64,000 bases of DNA from the human T2T-CHM13v2.0 reference genome, Homo sapiens. The stretch lies in NCBI RefSeq assembly GCF_009914755.1, contig NC_060929.1; one strand, 5' to 3'. The notes beneath the pieces were generated by a model. It did no database searches. It had not been told where the DNA came from and saw only the letters and a list, made by a program, of their open reading frames with translations. Numbering within the stretch: position 1 is the first letter of the stretch; each line of letters opens with the position of its first letter. Shown in pieces: positions 1 to 14,319 of the stretch. Position numbers and translations under genes: made by a program.

Positions 1-183
1 TGGCAGTTAAACATGTATTGATACAGTCAAATAACCACAAGGCCAGGGATGCTCTACTTAAGGCCATCCAGGAACTTCCAATTGCTGTTTGCTGTGCACA
101 GGCATACTGAAGCTTAGCGTGCTGAGTATCCAGCAAAACCTAGCACGATCTTTATTTCCCTAAGTTAGTTTTAAAATTGTCTT

Positions 184-795
<612 letters not shown>

Positions 796-881
796 TTAAA
801 GAGGGTTGAGAAAAGAGGCAGAGACTAATAGACTCGGGTTAAAAGCTGGCAAAGAGTGGGAGTGTTTGAAGATGTATGAAA

Positions 882-928
882 TGCATTCCAGGCTGGGTGA
901 CAGGGCAAGACTCTGTTTCAAAAAAAAA
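882..928 (+). mobile_element. Isolated Alu 3' end fragment
   Basis: TGCATTCCAGGCTGGGTGACAGGGCAAGACTCTGTTTC followed by A9. Confidence 0.85.
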
Positions 929-2598
929 GATTGTCTTTAGTGTCAGCATGGTCAAAATGTTTACATCCATCCAAACAGCTTATTTCAAAACAAATACACC
1001 CAGCAGTCGGCCAATCAAGGCTTAATATTAGGAGAGTCTTATTAATATGAAATGTGCAAGGCTGTGAAACGTGTAGGTGAATGAGAAGATAAAAAGATGT
1101 AGAGTGGTCACATCCCTACTCGAATGAAAGTGAGACCTCATGCACGACTGACCAGATGAGAGTGACCACGGTGTCCCAGTGACAGCTGTGTCAGGATCCA
1201 TTAATGTTTCATAACTCACGGGGCCCATTATTAAGCATGCCTCTCCTCAACAGCGTTTGGGGGTTTGACCCGAGTCCTCTGCATGTCACTTCATTTTAAA
1301 AGGCTATTTTTCAAATCTGGAGCCATCATCGAAGGTCTCAAAAGATAAGTTATTTAATGGATAACAGAGTATTTTTTAGTAATATTAGTTATTTTAAAGA
1401 AATAAGGTGAGACTCCTAAAAGCTGGAGCCAAAGGATCCTTCTGACTTGAGTGTGAAGGAAAAGACCCTCTCTTCTCCACCATAAGCTCTCAGTGTAGGA
1501 GAGTCCCTTGGGCGAAGGCAGAATCTGGAGAGAATCAAGATCTCCCCCTGAACTTACCAGAAGCCCTTGGAGAAGCCCTGGAACCACCTGTCTCTAATTA
1601 ATCTCTCCTGTATTCCCTTAGCACTTACACCTCATAATTATATTTATGATTGTAATTGTATTATATTACAGTTCAGATCTCCTTATGATAAATACCATCA
1701 TAATGAAAACTTCACTATTATCAAAAGATTCCCCAGCCTTAGCCAATAAACTACTTATTTCGGAAATCCAATAAAATAAGGTTCTATTGAAATACAATAA
1801 TTTGGATGTTCCTTCAATTATGTTGTAAAGGAATTTGACCTTGCGGCTATATTCTTTGTCATGTGAGAGTGCACGGGCCCTTCCTCTGGATCATAAGATC
1901 CTTAACAAAATAGTCCCTAAGACAGTTTCTTACGTAGTAGATGCTTAATAAACACTAGAACAAGTGAATGATTTGCAATAGATGTGTAATGGAAACTGGA
2001 TCCCCCAGTATAGAGCAAAGGCATCACTAAAATTATTGAACTGCAATTAGCATGGCCTTCATTCTTCATTACCATTTTTATCAGTATTTGAATGAATTAA
2101 GTGTGAAACTGTAGCCCTGATGTGAAATCTTTTAGACTTTTTGTTCATCCCTGATGCTTCCTTCAAAAAACAACCAGTTTTATATCAGCCAGTAACAGAA
2201 GACCTATTTGTGCCTACATGACTCTGTCAACACTGGCATTAACTGGCTGGTAGTTTTCTGGCCTGTGATATTTATTTCCCTACAGCTCTGATTATAACAT
2301 TGATACAAATTCTTCAGTCCTAGTGGAAGACAATTTTACATGGACACTATTGGTCCATTGTATTATAGTATTATCTATATATACAAACCATAGCACATAT
2401 TTGTCTACTCTTTTGGAAACCGACATTTTTGAAAAATAGTGTCATAGTGGCTACACTGAAAGTAAAATATTTTAAATCAAAAGTTTAAATATGATAAGCA
2501 AACACTAATTTATTCTTACTAAATGTGAGCAGGATCTTTGAATCAAGGATGCAATATGACTATTAAAACTCCTACCTCTACCTGATGAGAAAAGATCA

Positions 2599-2862
<264 letters not shown>

Positions 2863-3344
2863 TTATCAAGAGAAGTATACAACAAGCAAATGGTAGAGCT
2901 GGAATTCAAAGCCAGAGCTGCCCTTTACCATTGTGCTACCCTCCTTCCACTCCAGGAACGCCCTTTTCACAACTGAAAACAATTAACGTTGGAAGATATA
3001 CTCAATCCCACTTAGCCAATAATGCTCCACAGATTGACAAGAAAAGAAAGCAATGCAATAGGGCAGAGTTGTACAAATCTAGGAAAAATAAGTAATTTAG
3101 GGCCATATCCTATATCCTTCAATAAAGATGATAATGTGCTGATGGAAAGGAAGGCTATGGAGGTTAATGTTAATATTAAATTATTGAATCACTGGTGATT
3201 ATGAGGTTATTAAACAAGTTATCCTTTCTGTACTAGTCTCCTACTTGTATGTCTGGTCAAGTACCCAAAGCTGAAATCCTATATCTAGCCCAAAGGAAGG
3301 AGCTAAAAGCCCCAAGATCTCTAAGAAAAAGAACTGCAGCAGCC

Positions 3345-3570
3345 GTGCAATGAAATATAAACTTTGGAGACAAATTTAGTTTTCAATCTCCGCTGTGGTG
3401 CTTAGTAACTGCATGACTTTAGGCAAGTTATATAACCTTTCTAGGCCTCTGCTTCTTTGTTAGTAAAATGGGGATGATGGTTACTGGCATGTGGTTCATA
3501 GGACTATTTTGAGTAGTAAATGACAAAATGCAAAGATCACACTTGTGTATACTACTAATTGCTCAATATT
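3345..3570 (+). mobile_element. MIR
   Basis: Core-like TGCATGACTTTAGGCAAGTTATATAACCTTTCTAGGCCTCTGCTTCTTTGTTAGTAAAATGGGGATGAT. Confidence 0.8.
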
Positions 3571-4299
3571 ATTTGTTATTTTAAGTAGTTATTTGTTGAC
3601 AAACAAAAATTTGACATTCATTTCCGTCAAAATTTTCTTCATACATGACATGCCCAAATCCCTTTAACTAGATTCATTTTTTTTTTTAATTACAATGCTC
3701 TCATTAGAAGAGAGAATCTATTTTCTCTGGAAAAAGAGCCACATTAATGATCATGCAAACTTCATTCTTCAACTTTTTTTTGTAAAATTTTTGTAGACCA
3801 TACAGGAAATAACACCAAACTTCGTTTATGGTGCTTAGCATTATTATTGCAGTTTGATGATTTTCCTAGAAATTGAAAATTTTATAATAATTTATTCAAG
3901 AAAGTTTTTATCTGAGCTCTAAAATTCCTTCAGATTCATAGACCTGACAAGAAAGAAAGTCATCAGGAGTGTCAGATAAATAATAAATGGGACTGCAGTT
4001 TTAGAAGGTGCTTGAGTAATACTGTCTTCAAAGTTCTCAAGAATGAGAGGATTTGCATTGGAATCAAACCAACACATTTAGAAGGTGGGGTATTTGCAGT
4101 GCTGAGGTGCCCCCCCTCACGACCCAGGTCACCCGCTCTAGAACGCCTTCCTGGGCCCTCGACAGCCATGAGGAGGCACCTGGCCCCTCAGGGACTTTTG
4201 CAGTACTTTGCGCACAATTCACACATAGCAGTTATTACACATATGCCTTATTTTGTTTTGTTTGGGTTTGGTTTGGTTTATATTGCATCCATTGAGATT

Positions 4300-4880
4300 T
4301 TTTCTTAAAAAAATGAAATCTAAATATGCTGCTGGCCTGCTCAAAATCTCTCTCCCTGATTTTAGGAGAAAAAAAGTCCTGAACACTTCCACGTGGTGTT
4401 TGTTACAAGCCATTTATGGTCGGCCATGCTTCCTTCTCCAGCCTCATCGTTTTCTGCTCTTCCCCTCCTCACCCCAGGGAACTGTGAACTGTCACCTGGG
4501 TCAGGCTGTGCTGCCTGTCCCCCTGGGCTTTGGACCTGCTGCTTCCTTGCTGGAATGCTGCCTCGGCCCTCCGGCTCCCCCAACACCAGTCATCTGGCAG
4601 GCTGCTGCTAATATCACTTTCTGTGGAAAGCCTTCCCAGACCTTCCTCCCTCAGAACTGGATGGGCTGACTCTTTCACATCAACCAATATATACCCCAAT
4701 ATCACACTGAAGACTTGGTGTTGAAATGCCTGTTTTCTTGCCCTTCTTCCCCACTCAACAGGGAGCTCACTGAGGGCAGACATCAGGTCTTTCTCACTGG
4801 TGTAGCCCCAGCTTCTAGCCCATTGCCTGGCTCATAAAAGACCCTTAGTAATTATCTGTTGAAGAGATTAATCTGAATCG
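4300..4880 (+). mobile_element. L2 3' fragment
   Basis: GGAAAGCCTTCCCAGACC...GAGCTCACTGAGGGCAGACA...GCCTGGCTCATAAAAGACCCTTAGTAATTATCTGTTGAA, typical of the L2 3' end. Confidence 0.75.
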
Positions 4881-7707
4881 ATACACTTAAATTCAACAAA
4901 AACACAATATTATCTTTCAAATAAAAAGGGATATATAACATATGGAGAAAACGCTATCTTCTTGGCAGCTGGTGTGAGAATTCCTTTGTAGGAAGAGGCT
5001 TGCTCTGCTATAAACAGCCTCTGATAAGCCTGCTATGAGGTAGGAGCAAGCTTCCTGCTGGGGTCCAGGCTTTGTGCAGAAGAAGACTCTGCCTAATAAA
5101 GGAGAGAGAGCAACCAGGTGCAAGGCCAAGGGCTTCCCCAGGGGACGAAATCAAAGAAAAGAAGATTCTAGCTTACGACCCAGCTAGAAAAAGACTTTGG
5201 GGAAAAATGCACAATGAAGGCTTTATTAAGTTGTTTCCTATGTGGTGTGTGATGGAAACCTCTTCTCCATCCAGCCTAGTAAATCTTCAATAAGCCTCCT
5301 TTATTTTTTTTAACTTTGATAATTAATGCTTTTATATAAAAAAGAGTTTTGTGATTTTGGAAGCTCAAAGAGGACAAGGGGGAAATCAACATATGGTTAT
5401 TACACATTTTTTTAAAGTACATTTTTTCCTGAGTCTCTCTACAGGCTTCCAAGCAAGTCAGGCTTCCAAGGTCTATAATGTGAAGGCACCAGCGATCAAA
5501 AGTCTTCGGATCACATAGATCTATCGTCCTTCCTTAGGAGGAAGAATCCAGCAAGGAGCCGCTGGCTCACTTGGTTACATCTTGAGTAGATAAGCCCATC
5601 CCAGGCTGTCATCCAAGCAAGCTAGAAGGAAGTGAAATCTTTGGAATCTTTCATTCTAAACCTAGCTTTCATTCTAAATATGGCCTCGTCTCTGTTAGCT
5701 TTGTCATTTCATGCAGTCAATTAACAAATTAATAACTAAAATTAGGCTTTATGAATGGAAAATGTGTGTGGGGAATAATTGGAGATGGGGTTGTTATTCA
5801 TGAATCCACCTACCTCTCCCTTCTAAAGGTTGCTTTGGGGAATTATTTTGTGCTGAGCACCTGCATGTGGGCAGGCAAGTTTGGGGAAGTGGGAGAAGTT
5901 TGGTGAAATGGCTATGCATAAAGCACTTGGAAGGGACTGGGGAAGAGGGACAGGGTCTGGAAGGCTGAGCATTACAATACAGGGGAGAGAGGAAGAAAAG
6001 AAGATATATTCTGTGGTGTGTGTCTAGTGCAGGCCAGAGAGACTTGGGAAGAGAAGCTCTGGTGAATAGAGGGTTTATGAGAGTATATCCCATGGACACT
6101 GTAAAATCATCCTTCATTTCCCTTCCAAAATCCTTAGGAAATTTTACATTATGGGCTAGTGCTTTGGGTGTGAGCGGATTATGTCTGACGCCATGGGTGT
6201 TCATAAGTGACTTGAGAGTGACTGTAGAGGCTACACAGAAATCTCTGTGAGGGGCATGTAATTGTATTCATTCAACAATTCTGCTATGCTTCTCAGATTG
6301 CAGAAAAATCACTGCTCAAAATTCCCCACTTGTCAACTTATCCTTAAGACATTTTTCACAGGAGCTCTGATCATCATCACCCCACACTTTGCACCAGGGC
6401 TGTTTCAGAAGCAGTGTTGCTCTTCCTCACACATTCAGTCCAGCACAGCTGGTGGCAGTCGGCAGACCTTTGATGTTGGAGACCTCTTAGGCACAGGAGA
6501 TGTGTATGCTGGGACTCTTCTAAAGGGGAGAAGGAAGCTAAATATCTCTTGCCTGAATTAAAGTTTATGTTTCTGCCATATTTCTCCTAGCTTTCTCATA
6601 CTCCAAATCCTCTCAAGAAGGAATAAAGTAAGCACTAATATATGTTAAGTGTCTATGAGCCAGGTACCGTGCTAAATACTCAACATGAGTTAACCTCAGG
6701 CCCACATTTTTCTATAACTATGTACCAAGAAATAATGGGCTAAGAAATCCTACCTGATGATGGATCATCCAGACCACTGCCTGATTCAACAGCATCCCCA
6801 CTATAAAGATTATTTGTAAGCAGACTATTTGAGGCACAGGGAATGGTCTTGTTTAGAGTGGGTCTAAACTACCATTTTGATTTAGAGACATCCTGGAGGA
6901 CTCAGTTCAAGTTTATATCAATCACAGATTTGGTAGGAGAGAGGGGTTATATTTATTAAAAACTTCCTAATTGACAGTTATAGACTATATACCTTAAATA
7001 TCATCTTGAAACCTACCTTCAGGATTTTAATCAGGTTAGCATACTATCTGGGGAACAGAAAGAGGTTCATAGAGGAGAGCTAGCATCCCTCTCAAATTAT
7101 TTGGAACTCTTAATTTTAGGATGAAGGAGGGATAACCTAGACTTGCTTTTTTTTCTTTTGTCCAAGGGCTTTCTTGAGTCAAAAGAAACTAGCTTGGGTG
7201 ATTCCAGATTGCAATGAATTGTCTGGATTCAAAGTCAAATGGGTTCAAATTCGAAGCATCCCAGAGTCATCAAGTGAGTAAATCAGTCACAGCAGGTCAG
7301 GACATACTCTGACACTCTATGGCTGCTAATTTTACTGGTACCACTTAGAAAGAGACAAATTGATACTCCAATTTAATGTTTTCAAGTATATGACTTCAGT
7401 GACTAACACTATTATTAGAAACTAAAGTTTAGATTCAAAGCATGTCTAGAAATGTTAAAGACCTTTACTTTTTTCAAGATAAGAAAGGATTATACCAGGG
7501 TTAGAAGACTTATTCTTGGGGGAATAGCATTAAAACATAGCTCAATGTTAGAAACAGGTGACCATTTACTTATGAGAAAGCTGAAATGTAAATAGCTTTG
7601 TAATTCATTACCATTTTGGGCTAGTGGTGTTCAATACAATTTTCATTCATAAGGAAATGGAACATCAAGCATCCAGGATAAAAATAAAATATGACTCACC
7701 AAAATAG

Positions 7708-8022
<315 letters not shown>

Positions 8023-9151
8023 TAGCATTTAATGAAAGGTTATTTGTTTTTATTTTAAAATCTTAAGCACATTGTAACATTACCTTGAATAAACACTGCT
8101 ATTAACCTTCAGCTGTAAAGTGATTTTCAATAATGAGAAGAGGCATAATATCCAAGAAAATTTTCTAATACAAATATTGTTTAGAGAGACTAAATAAAAG
8201 GTGAGACTCTCCACTGAAACTGGCCAAAGGAAGATGCAAATTAAGAATTTACCCAAAATAGAGTAGGAACCCATTTTATTAGAAGTAAAGCAAAATAAAG
8301 GCTTCAACCACCCGAAGTCGCATACCAGTGATTTAATTGGAAAGGTCTTTTCTTATAAAGAGGATTAATTCCAATTAACGGAAAATTCAAATTATGTTTA
8401 TAAACACTAACAAAACATTATCATTCCATAGCATATTACTTGCACAGCACCTATCCTATAAGACATTTTATGAAAGACAAAGGTTCATTCATTTTGCTAA
8501 TTCCCTATTTTATAGATGAAGAAACTGAAGCATAAAGCATTTAGAAGGCTGCAAGTTTCTAGAGAAGCTGAAGAAAATCTTTCCCTTAGTCCTTTGTTCA
8601 TGATATTCCTCTAAGAAAAAAAAAAAAAGCAAGTCCCATGTAGCACAAAATATAAAAAGTGAAAGCTTTGTAAGGATCTATTGCAGCAACCCTGAAGAGA
8701 TGTGGAATTGAAAGTGAGAAATAAATACTTACAAATGCAAAGACTTAAATTCCCATCTCTCTGGCCCTTCTAATAAGGCATGAATGGAAGGGTTCTGCCT
8801 CACCCAGGGAAAGAGGTTCTTGATACACAGCTCTTATGCTTGCAGCTCTTGACATCTTCTTTAGCACTTTGAGGACATTTAGCATCCTTGAAGCAAGAAA
8901 GTTCATGCCATTGTTGACACTATCAGCCACATTGTGACCTGGCAATGTGAGGTTTCCTTACGGAGGCCTGCTCTCAAGTTATAGGGCCAGATCAACCCCT
9001 GACTTGCTGTTCCTGGACTGGGAGCTAAATTATAAAAAGCCCACAGCCCAGGAAGTAGTAGCTAAAAGCTATCTGAGCAACCAGCAGAGAAATGTACCTG
9101 CTAAGATTCTCTAAGAGCAACCCAGAAGCCACTGTTGTCATTGTCCCAGGC

Positions 9152-9200
9152 TGTGTGTGTATGTGTGTGTGTGTGCGTGTGTGTGAAAGAGAGAGAGAGA

Positions 9201-9254
<54 letters not shown>
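9152..9254. repeat. Compound microsatellite (TG)~17-(AG)~7-(GC)3-(CA)~24
   Basis: Read directly from the sequence. Confidence 0.98.
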
Positions 9255-9256
<2 letters not shown>

Positions 9257-9379
9257 AAACAAGTCCCAGGGGACTTTGGTTGTTGCTATCTGTCTTCTGA
9301 AGGAGCTCCTGTAGTTACCCAGCAGGGCCCAGGCGGGGAGAAGAGCAGCAAAAGATGTTGCTGGGGAGGAAGGAGGGGC

Positions 9380-9520
9380 TGGTTACAGAGGGCCTGCAGT
9401 CCTCTCCATACTGTAGAGCTCAGATTTCATCCAGAAGGCATTTGGAGGCTGATGAAGGTTTTTAGCAGAGAAATGCACTTTAGACCCATGGTTCTATTCT
9501 GGCTGGCTGCAATGTGGAGT
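9380..9520 (-). mobile_element. L2 fragment
   Basis: GATTTCATCCAGAAGGCATTTGGAGGCTGATGAAGGTTTTTAGCAG...CTGGCTGCAATGTGGAG. Confidence 0.6.
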
Positions 9521-9544
9521 AAAGTGAGCAAGAATTGCCTTGCT

Positions 9545-9645
9545 CATCATTGTGGCACAGTGTCCGGTACAAAGTTACTAAGTAGGTGCTCAATAAATAT
9601 CTATTAACTAGATGAATGAATGAATGAATGATTAAATGAATAAAT
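9545..9645 (+). mobile_element. L2 3' terminus
   Basis: GTAGGTGCTCAATAAATATCTATT followed by a (TGAA)n tail. Confidence 0.8.
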
Positions 9646-9859
9646 TTAGTAAGGGACAAAGAAGAGTCTGGCAGAGTTCCCTGTGTTGAAGGTTACCAAC
9701 AGTATCTTAATCACGAGATGAAAGAGATTTCTTAATGTGTAAAAAGGAGGATTACACTATCTGCTTTATAAGATGATTATGCCTTTCTGGAGTGGGAGGA
9801 AGAGAGAAAAAAAAAGCCTCATAATAGTGGTGGAGGCAGAAAAAAAGACAAACTATTAA

Positions 9860-10165
9860 CGAATTATGGTTGGTATCATGAAAGAAAACAAAGACCACTC
9901 TAGAGAATAACAACGAAGGTCTATTTTACAGAGTATAATTGAGAAAAATCTCCTTAGAATGTGATATTCAAGCTGAGCCCCAAATGATGAGAAGGAACTG
10001 ACTATTTGAAGAAGCGAAGGAAGAGCTTTACAGGAAGAGGAACAGCTTCTGCAAAGGCTCTGAGGCAGGAAAGAGCTCATTTTGTTCAAAAAATGGCAAA
10101 AGCAGTGACTGGAGTTCAGTAACAGAGGTAGGGGCCAGATCACTCAGGGCTGGTAGATCATGATC
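9860..10165 (-). mobile_element. L2 fragment
   Basis: CAGGAAGAGGAACAGCTTCTGCAAAGGCTCTGAGGCAGGAAAGAGC...GGGGCCAGATCACTCAGGGC. Confidence 0.8.
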
Positions 10166-11200
10166 CCGCCAACCCCCTTCCCTGTTCCAGCAGGAAGGAT
10201 GAAAGGAGTCTAAGCAAGGTAGCAGAACAGACGAACAAGTGGAAGTGCAAGGGAAATGTCAGGCCATGTTTATTCTAAACCTTCTCCAAAGGGACCACCA
10301 CAGCCTAGAGACACTCGGAAGGGAAAGAAATACATGTGTTGAAGACCAAGTTTTCCAGCTTGGTCAATTAAGATGCTTGGAAAGTCCTATTCCTGGACAA
10401 CCATGCTTTCTCTTTCCCTCCAGAAGAATTACAAACCTGAGTCATGGAAAGAGAGGGTTTTTTTGGTTGGGTTTTTTCTTTCAATATTATAGCCCATTCC
10501 AAAGTAAAATTGACAGGAGGAAAACTGTGTAAGGAATGAGTAGGGAGTGGAAAAAGCTGCCAAGACAGTGCAGAGAGTGGGGAGGTGGGGAAGCAAGTCA
10601 GTAAAGGAAGAATTGCTTTTCTGCCTTTTTTTTTTTTTTCTTTTTTTACCTCCTGGCCCACTGCTACCCCTTCATCCTCATCCCAAAGGAGATGGGACTG
10701 GCTGAGTGTGGGATTAGATGGCCCCAAGGGAAGACAGTTTCTACCTCTTGTCCTTCCTGAACTTGCTGCATGTTAGATTTTTCTCCTGGACAAAGATACA
10801 CCTATACAGGAAGTTCCCCTTCTAGTGGGGAGAATGTCGTTTTTGAAAATTCTCTTTGATAATTCCTAATTAAAGTTCTTCTGATTTTGCCTGCAACTTA
10901 GTAGTTCCATAACTTGTCTAGGAAGAAATATTTTGTAGCTGAAAGCAGATGGGATCCCAGTAGTAGGAGGGGGAAATGTGTCTCTTCCATGAACTGGAAA
11001 AGTCTGAGTTGAAGGACTGGTTGTATCTTGGGTACCTCTTACCGCTGGGTGGGACTTCTCTCTGGGCTTATTATAACAAACATAACATAGCTCTCTGGGC
11101 TCAGCATAACAAACATGGGGTAAATCCCAGATCCACTGCTTATACTACAGGACCCTGAGAGAGTTACTTAGATATGTCGAAAAATAAATCTCCTATAACT

Positions 11201-11441
11201 CTGTGTTTTTCCAAAGTTGGTGATCATTAATAGGACATAAATTAAATTTATGGGATCAACAAACATTTTTTAAAAAGAAATAGAACAGAATAGAAAATAA
11301 TAAAGTGGCTCACATAATATACATATGCAAGTTATATATATGTAGCCCTGCTTATGTGAATGCATGTATGCGTATGTGTATATATACATATGCATGCATT
11401 GTTTATCATGGGTAATCATCAAAGAAATTTGGAAAATACTG
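11201..11441. mobile_element. hAT-Charlie MITE (MER112/MER113-like)
   Basis: Imperfect TIRs CTGTGTTTTTCCAAAGT and AATTTGGAAAATACTG; internal AAATAGAACAGAATAGAAAATA and a TA/TG-rich tract. Confidence 0.65.
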
Positions 11442-12324
11442 ATAACTTAGTTCCTAGCTTCCATTCCCACTCAGAAGTCAGAGAAAAAGTTAAAATTGTA
11501 CATTCAACACTGCTCAGCATCTTTTAGATTCCAGTGGTCTATTTTGGGAGTTGGTATGTCTGTTCCTCTCCTCCCTTTTTACTTCCTTCTCCTTCCTGTT
11601 GGGCCACATTCCTCCTCCTTCCTTGGGGCAGTCTGCCTTGGTCTCAGCGGTATTAAAGCTTCAGGAAGACAAACCAACCAACAATAAGCCCCTAACATCC
11701 CAAGACTTATGAAGAGGAGAGAAGACAGCAGGAAATGCTTTTAAAAATAATATCCCACACTACATATATAACTTACCTGAGACTCAGTTTCCTTGTCTGT
11801 TAAATGTGGTGAAGATTAGAATAATTGTTTAATATTTAAATGCTTACAACATTTTAGGTACTGGATGGATATGAATACTTTTCCTCTTTAGGCTCTTGTA
11901 TTGTTCATGTTTTGTGCTAAAAGAATTTCTCCAAGCCAGCCCTAGTTCTCCGGGAACTTAGCTGGGAGATGGATGTGTATGGTACATGGAGACAGCAAAA
12001 TGAAAACAAATCAATACATCAATGGAGTGGAAGGTATTTATATCATACTCAGTCAAGTGTGTTTTATGGCCCACAGCCAAGGGTCTAAGATACCTCAACT
12101 GATGAATCCCCTAAGAAACTAGTTCCAACATATTCAGATTGAAAAAAAAAAAAAAAGGACTGTACCCAATTACAACAGTGTGGGCACAGGCAGGGCCAAC
12201 CAACCCTAAGCAAATTTGAGAATGGTGACATGTCCATTCCTCAGCCCCCTACTTGTCTGTCCTGCTCCCTAGTTCAGGGCCTGGTGACAGTCCTCTGATT
12301 GAGAACTTAGTTGTCCTCATGCTG

Positions 12325-12637
12325 TTTTTATTTTTTATTTATTTATTTTTACCGAGACGGAGTCTTGCTCCATTGCACAGCTTGGAGTATAGTGGTGCGA
12401 TCTCGGCTCACTGAAACCTCCATCTCCTGGGTTCAAGCCTTTCTCGTGCCTCAGCCTCTTGAGTAACTGGGACTACAGGTGTGCACCACCACGCTCAACT
12501 AATTTTATTGTATTTTTAGTAGAGACGAGGTTTCGCCATGTTGGCCAGTCTGGTCTCGAACTCCTGACCTCAGGTGATCCACCCATGTCGGTTTCCCAAA
12601 GTCCTGGGATTGCAGGCATGAGCTACTGCACCTGGCC
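12325..12637 (-). mobile_element. Alu (AluS-type)
   Basis: Full antisense Alu; TCATGCT repeated on both flanks (degenerate TSD). Confidence 0.96.
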
Positions 12638-12755
12638 TCATGCTCCTTTTAAAACACACCCCCACCAACCATCCTGAGAAGATTCTAATGGCATATAGAA
12701 TAACTGACACTTTAACCAAAACCCAGTCCCACTCAAGGTATCTGTGGGGAGAGTT

Positions 12756-12868
12756 ATACATATATATAAAAATAGATTTTTATATAAAAAATAGTAATAT
12801 ATAATAAATTAAATAATAATATAAAATAAATAAATATAAAAAATATATTCATATATAAAATAAATTTT
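12756..12868. repeat. AT-rich low-complexity tract
   Basis: About 110 nt that are almost entirely A/T. Confidence 0.9.
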
Positions 12869-13127
12869 TCTCCCTTTTCTCCCTGAAGAACCTTAGCTTA
12901 GCCTCCCCAGTGTGGCACAGTGGGTAAGTGAGGAACGGCTTAGAAGGGGAAGAGGGCCCACGGTCTGGCCTGCCCACAGGGCATGCCCTGTCTAGCTGAA
13001 GACCCCCTGACCAGTTCCTAAAGCAAGTGAGGTAGGAAAAGATGCCTCCACCAGAACTAAAGCTTGTCCATGTGACAGGCATAGAAAGACCTCAACCCCC
13101 AGGTCATTATGCCCTAACCTGTCCCCT

Positions 13128-13167
13128 ACTATTAGGGTTTTCCAGAGAATTAGAACCAATAAGGTGC

Positions 13168-13198
<31 letters not shown>

Positions 13199-13600
13199 TG
13201 TGTGTGTGTCTGTGTGTATGTGAGTGGAGAAAGAGAGAGAGAGGGAGAGGTTTAGTTTAAGGAATTGGCTAATGCAATTATGGAGCTTGACAAGTTCAGT
13301 ATCTGTTGGGTAGGCCATAAAGCTGGAGATCTAGGGAAGAGCAGATGTTGCAGGTGAAGGCCGCCTGCTGGAAGAATTCCTTCTTGCCTCAGGGAGGTCA
13401 GTCTTTGTTCTATTCAAGCCTTCAACTGATTAGATGCCAACCACCCACATTATGGAGGGCGATATGCTTTACTCAAAGTTCAACAATTTAAATGTAAATT
13501 GTATTCAGAAACACTGTCACAGAAACATCCAGAATAATGTTTAATCATATATTTGGGTGACCTGGCCCAGACAAGGTGACACATAAAATTAACCATCACA
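13128..13600 (-). mobile_element. MLT2 (ERVL) solo LTR, MLT2C/D-like, with internal (TG)n
   Basis: TATTAGGGTTTTCCAGAGAA...AAGGAATTGGCTAATGCAATTATGGAG...GACACATAAAATTAACCATCACA. Confidence 0.9.
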
Positions 13601-14319
13601 GAGTAGGTCTAGGTCAGCAAGATGGCTGACTAGAGATGCCTGGCACTTGTTTCTCCCACAAGAAAGGACCAAGGTAATGAATAAACAGAGAAGATTTGAC
13701 TGGAGTGTCCAAAGGAGAGTAATGGAGTGTAGCAGGGGCGTGGAGATACACCTGTGGTGACTGGAAATCTAGGAGGTCATTGTGGAGGCACCTAGCCTCT
13801 GCAGCACCGTCTTCCTTGGCTGGATCAAATCTACCTGGAGTCCCACTGTGGGGAAAGGTAAGCAGGAAACTCCACCAGCCCCCATTGCCACCACAAATAC
13901 CTAAAGTCCCTACTGCAGTAGAATCCTATTGTCCTCACAAGCCCTGAGCCCCGTTTGAAGAGATGGTAGGAATTCACACTGCTGCACTTCCCTGCATTAG
14001 AAGCATAAAGTGTGTACGCCCCACTCCTCACCCACCCACTGTGAGGCAGGCTGTGCAGCATGGCACCATCTTGAGACCAGAGCCACCTCTGGAGGCCAGT
14101 AGCCACTGCCCTTCTCCAGCACTAGGGTTCCATATTCATTCCACTAGCCCACACAGGTGGCTGAATGCCACAACTCCAGCTGCATGGAGCCTGGGCCCAG
14201 GATCAGCTGTCACTCTGGTCTTGTTTAGCAGGGAAACAAATTCCCACTGCCAGTTGGAGGAACAGTCTTCCAGTTGGAGGAATAGTCTAGGAGTCCTGCC
14301 CAGGGAAAACCTGCCCTTG

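Noticed and set aside
5442-5678. Short direct repeats CAGGCTTCCAAG x2 and CTTTCATTCTAAA x2
   Set aside because: Ordinary local micro-duplications with no further structure.
9092-9607. 171-aa ORF
   Set aside because: It reads through the microsatellite (CV/HT repeats) and L2 fragments.
11058-11116. 33-bp-period imperfect duplication (CTCTCTGGGCT...ATAACAAACAT)
   Set aside because: Only two diverged copies; a common kind of event.
12889-12923. Isolated acceptor/donor pair, and other lone GTAAGT/GTGAGT matches on both strands
   Set aside because: No neighbouring exon chain; such motifs are expected by chance in 64 kb.
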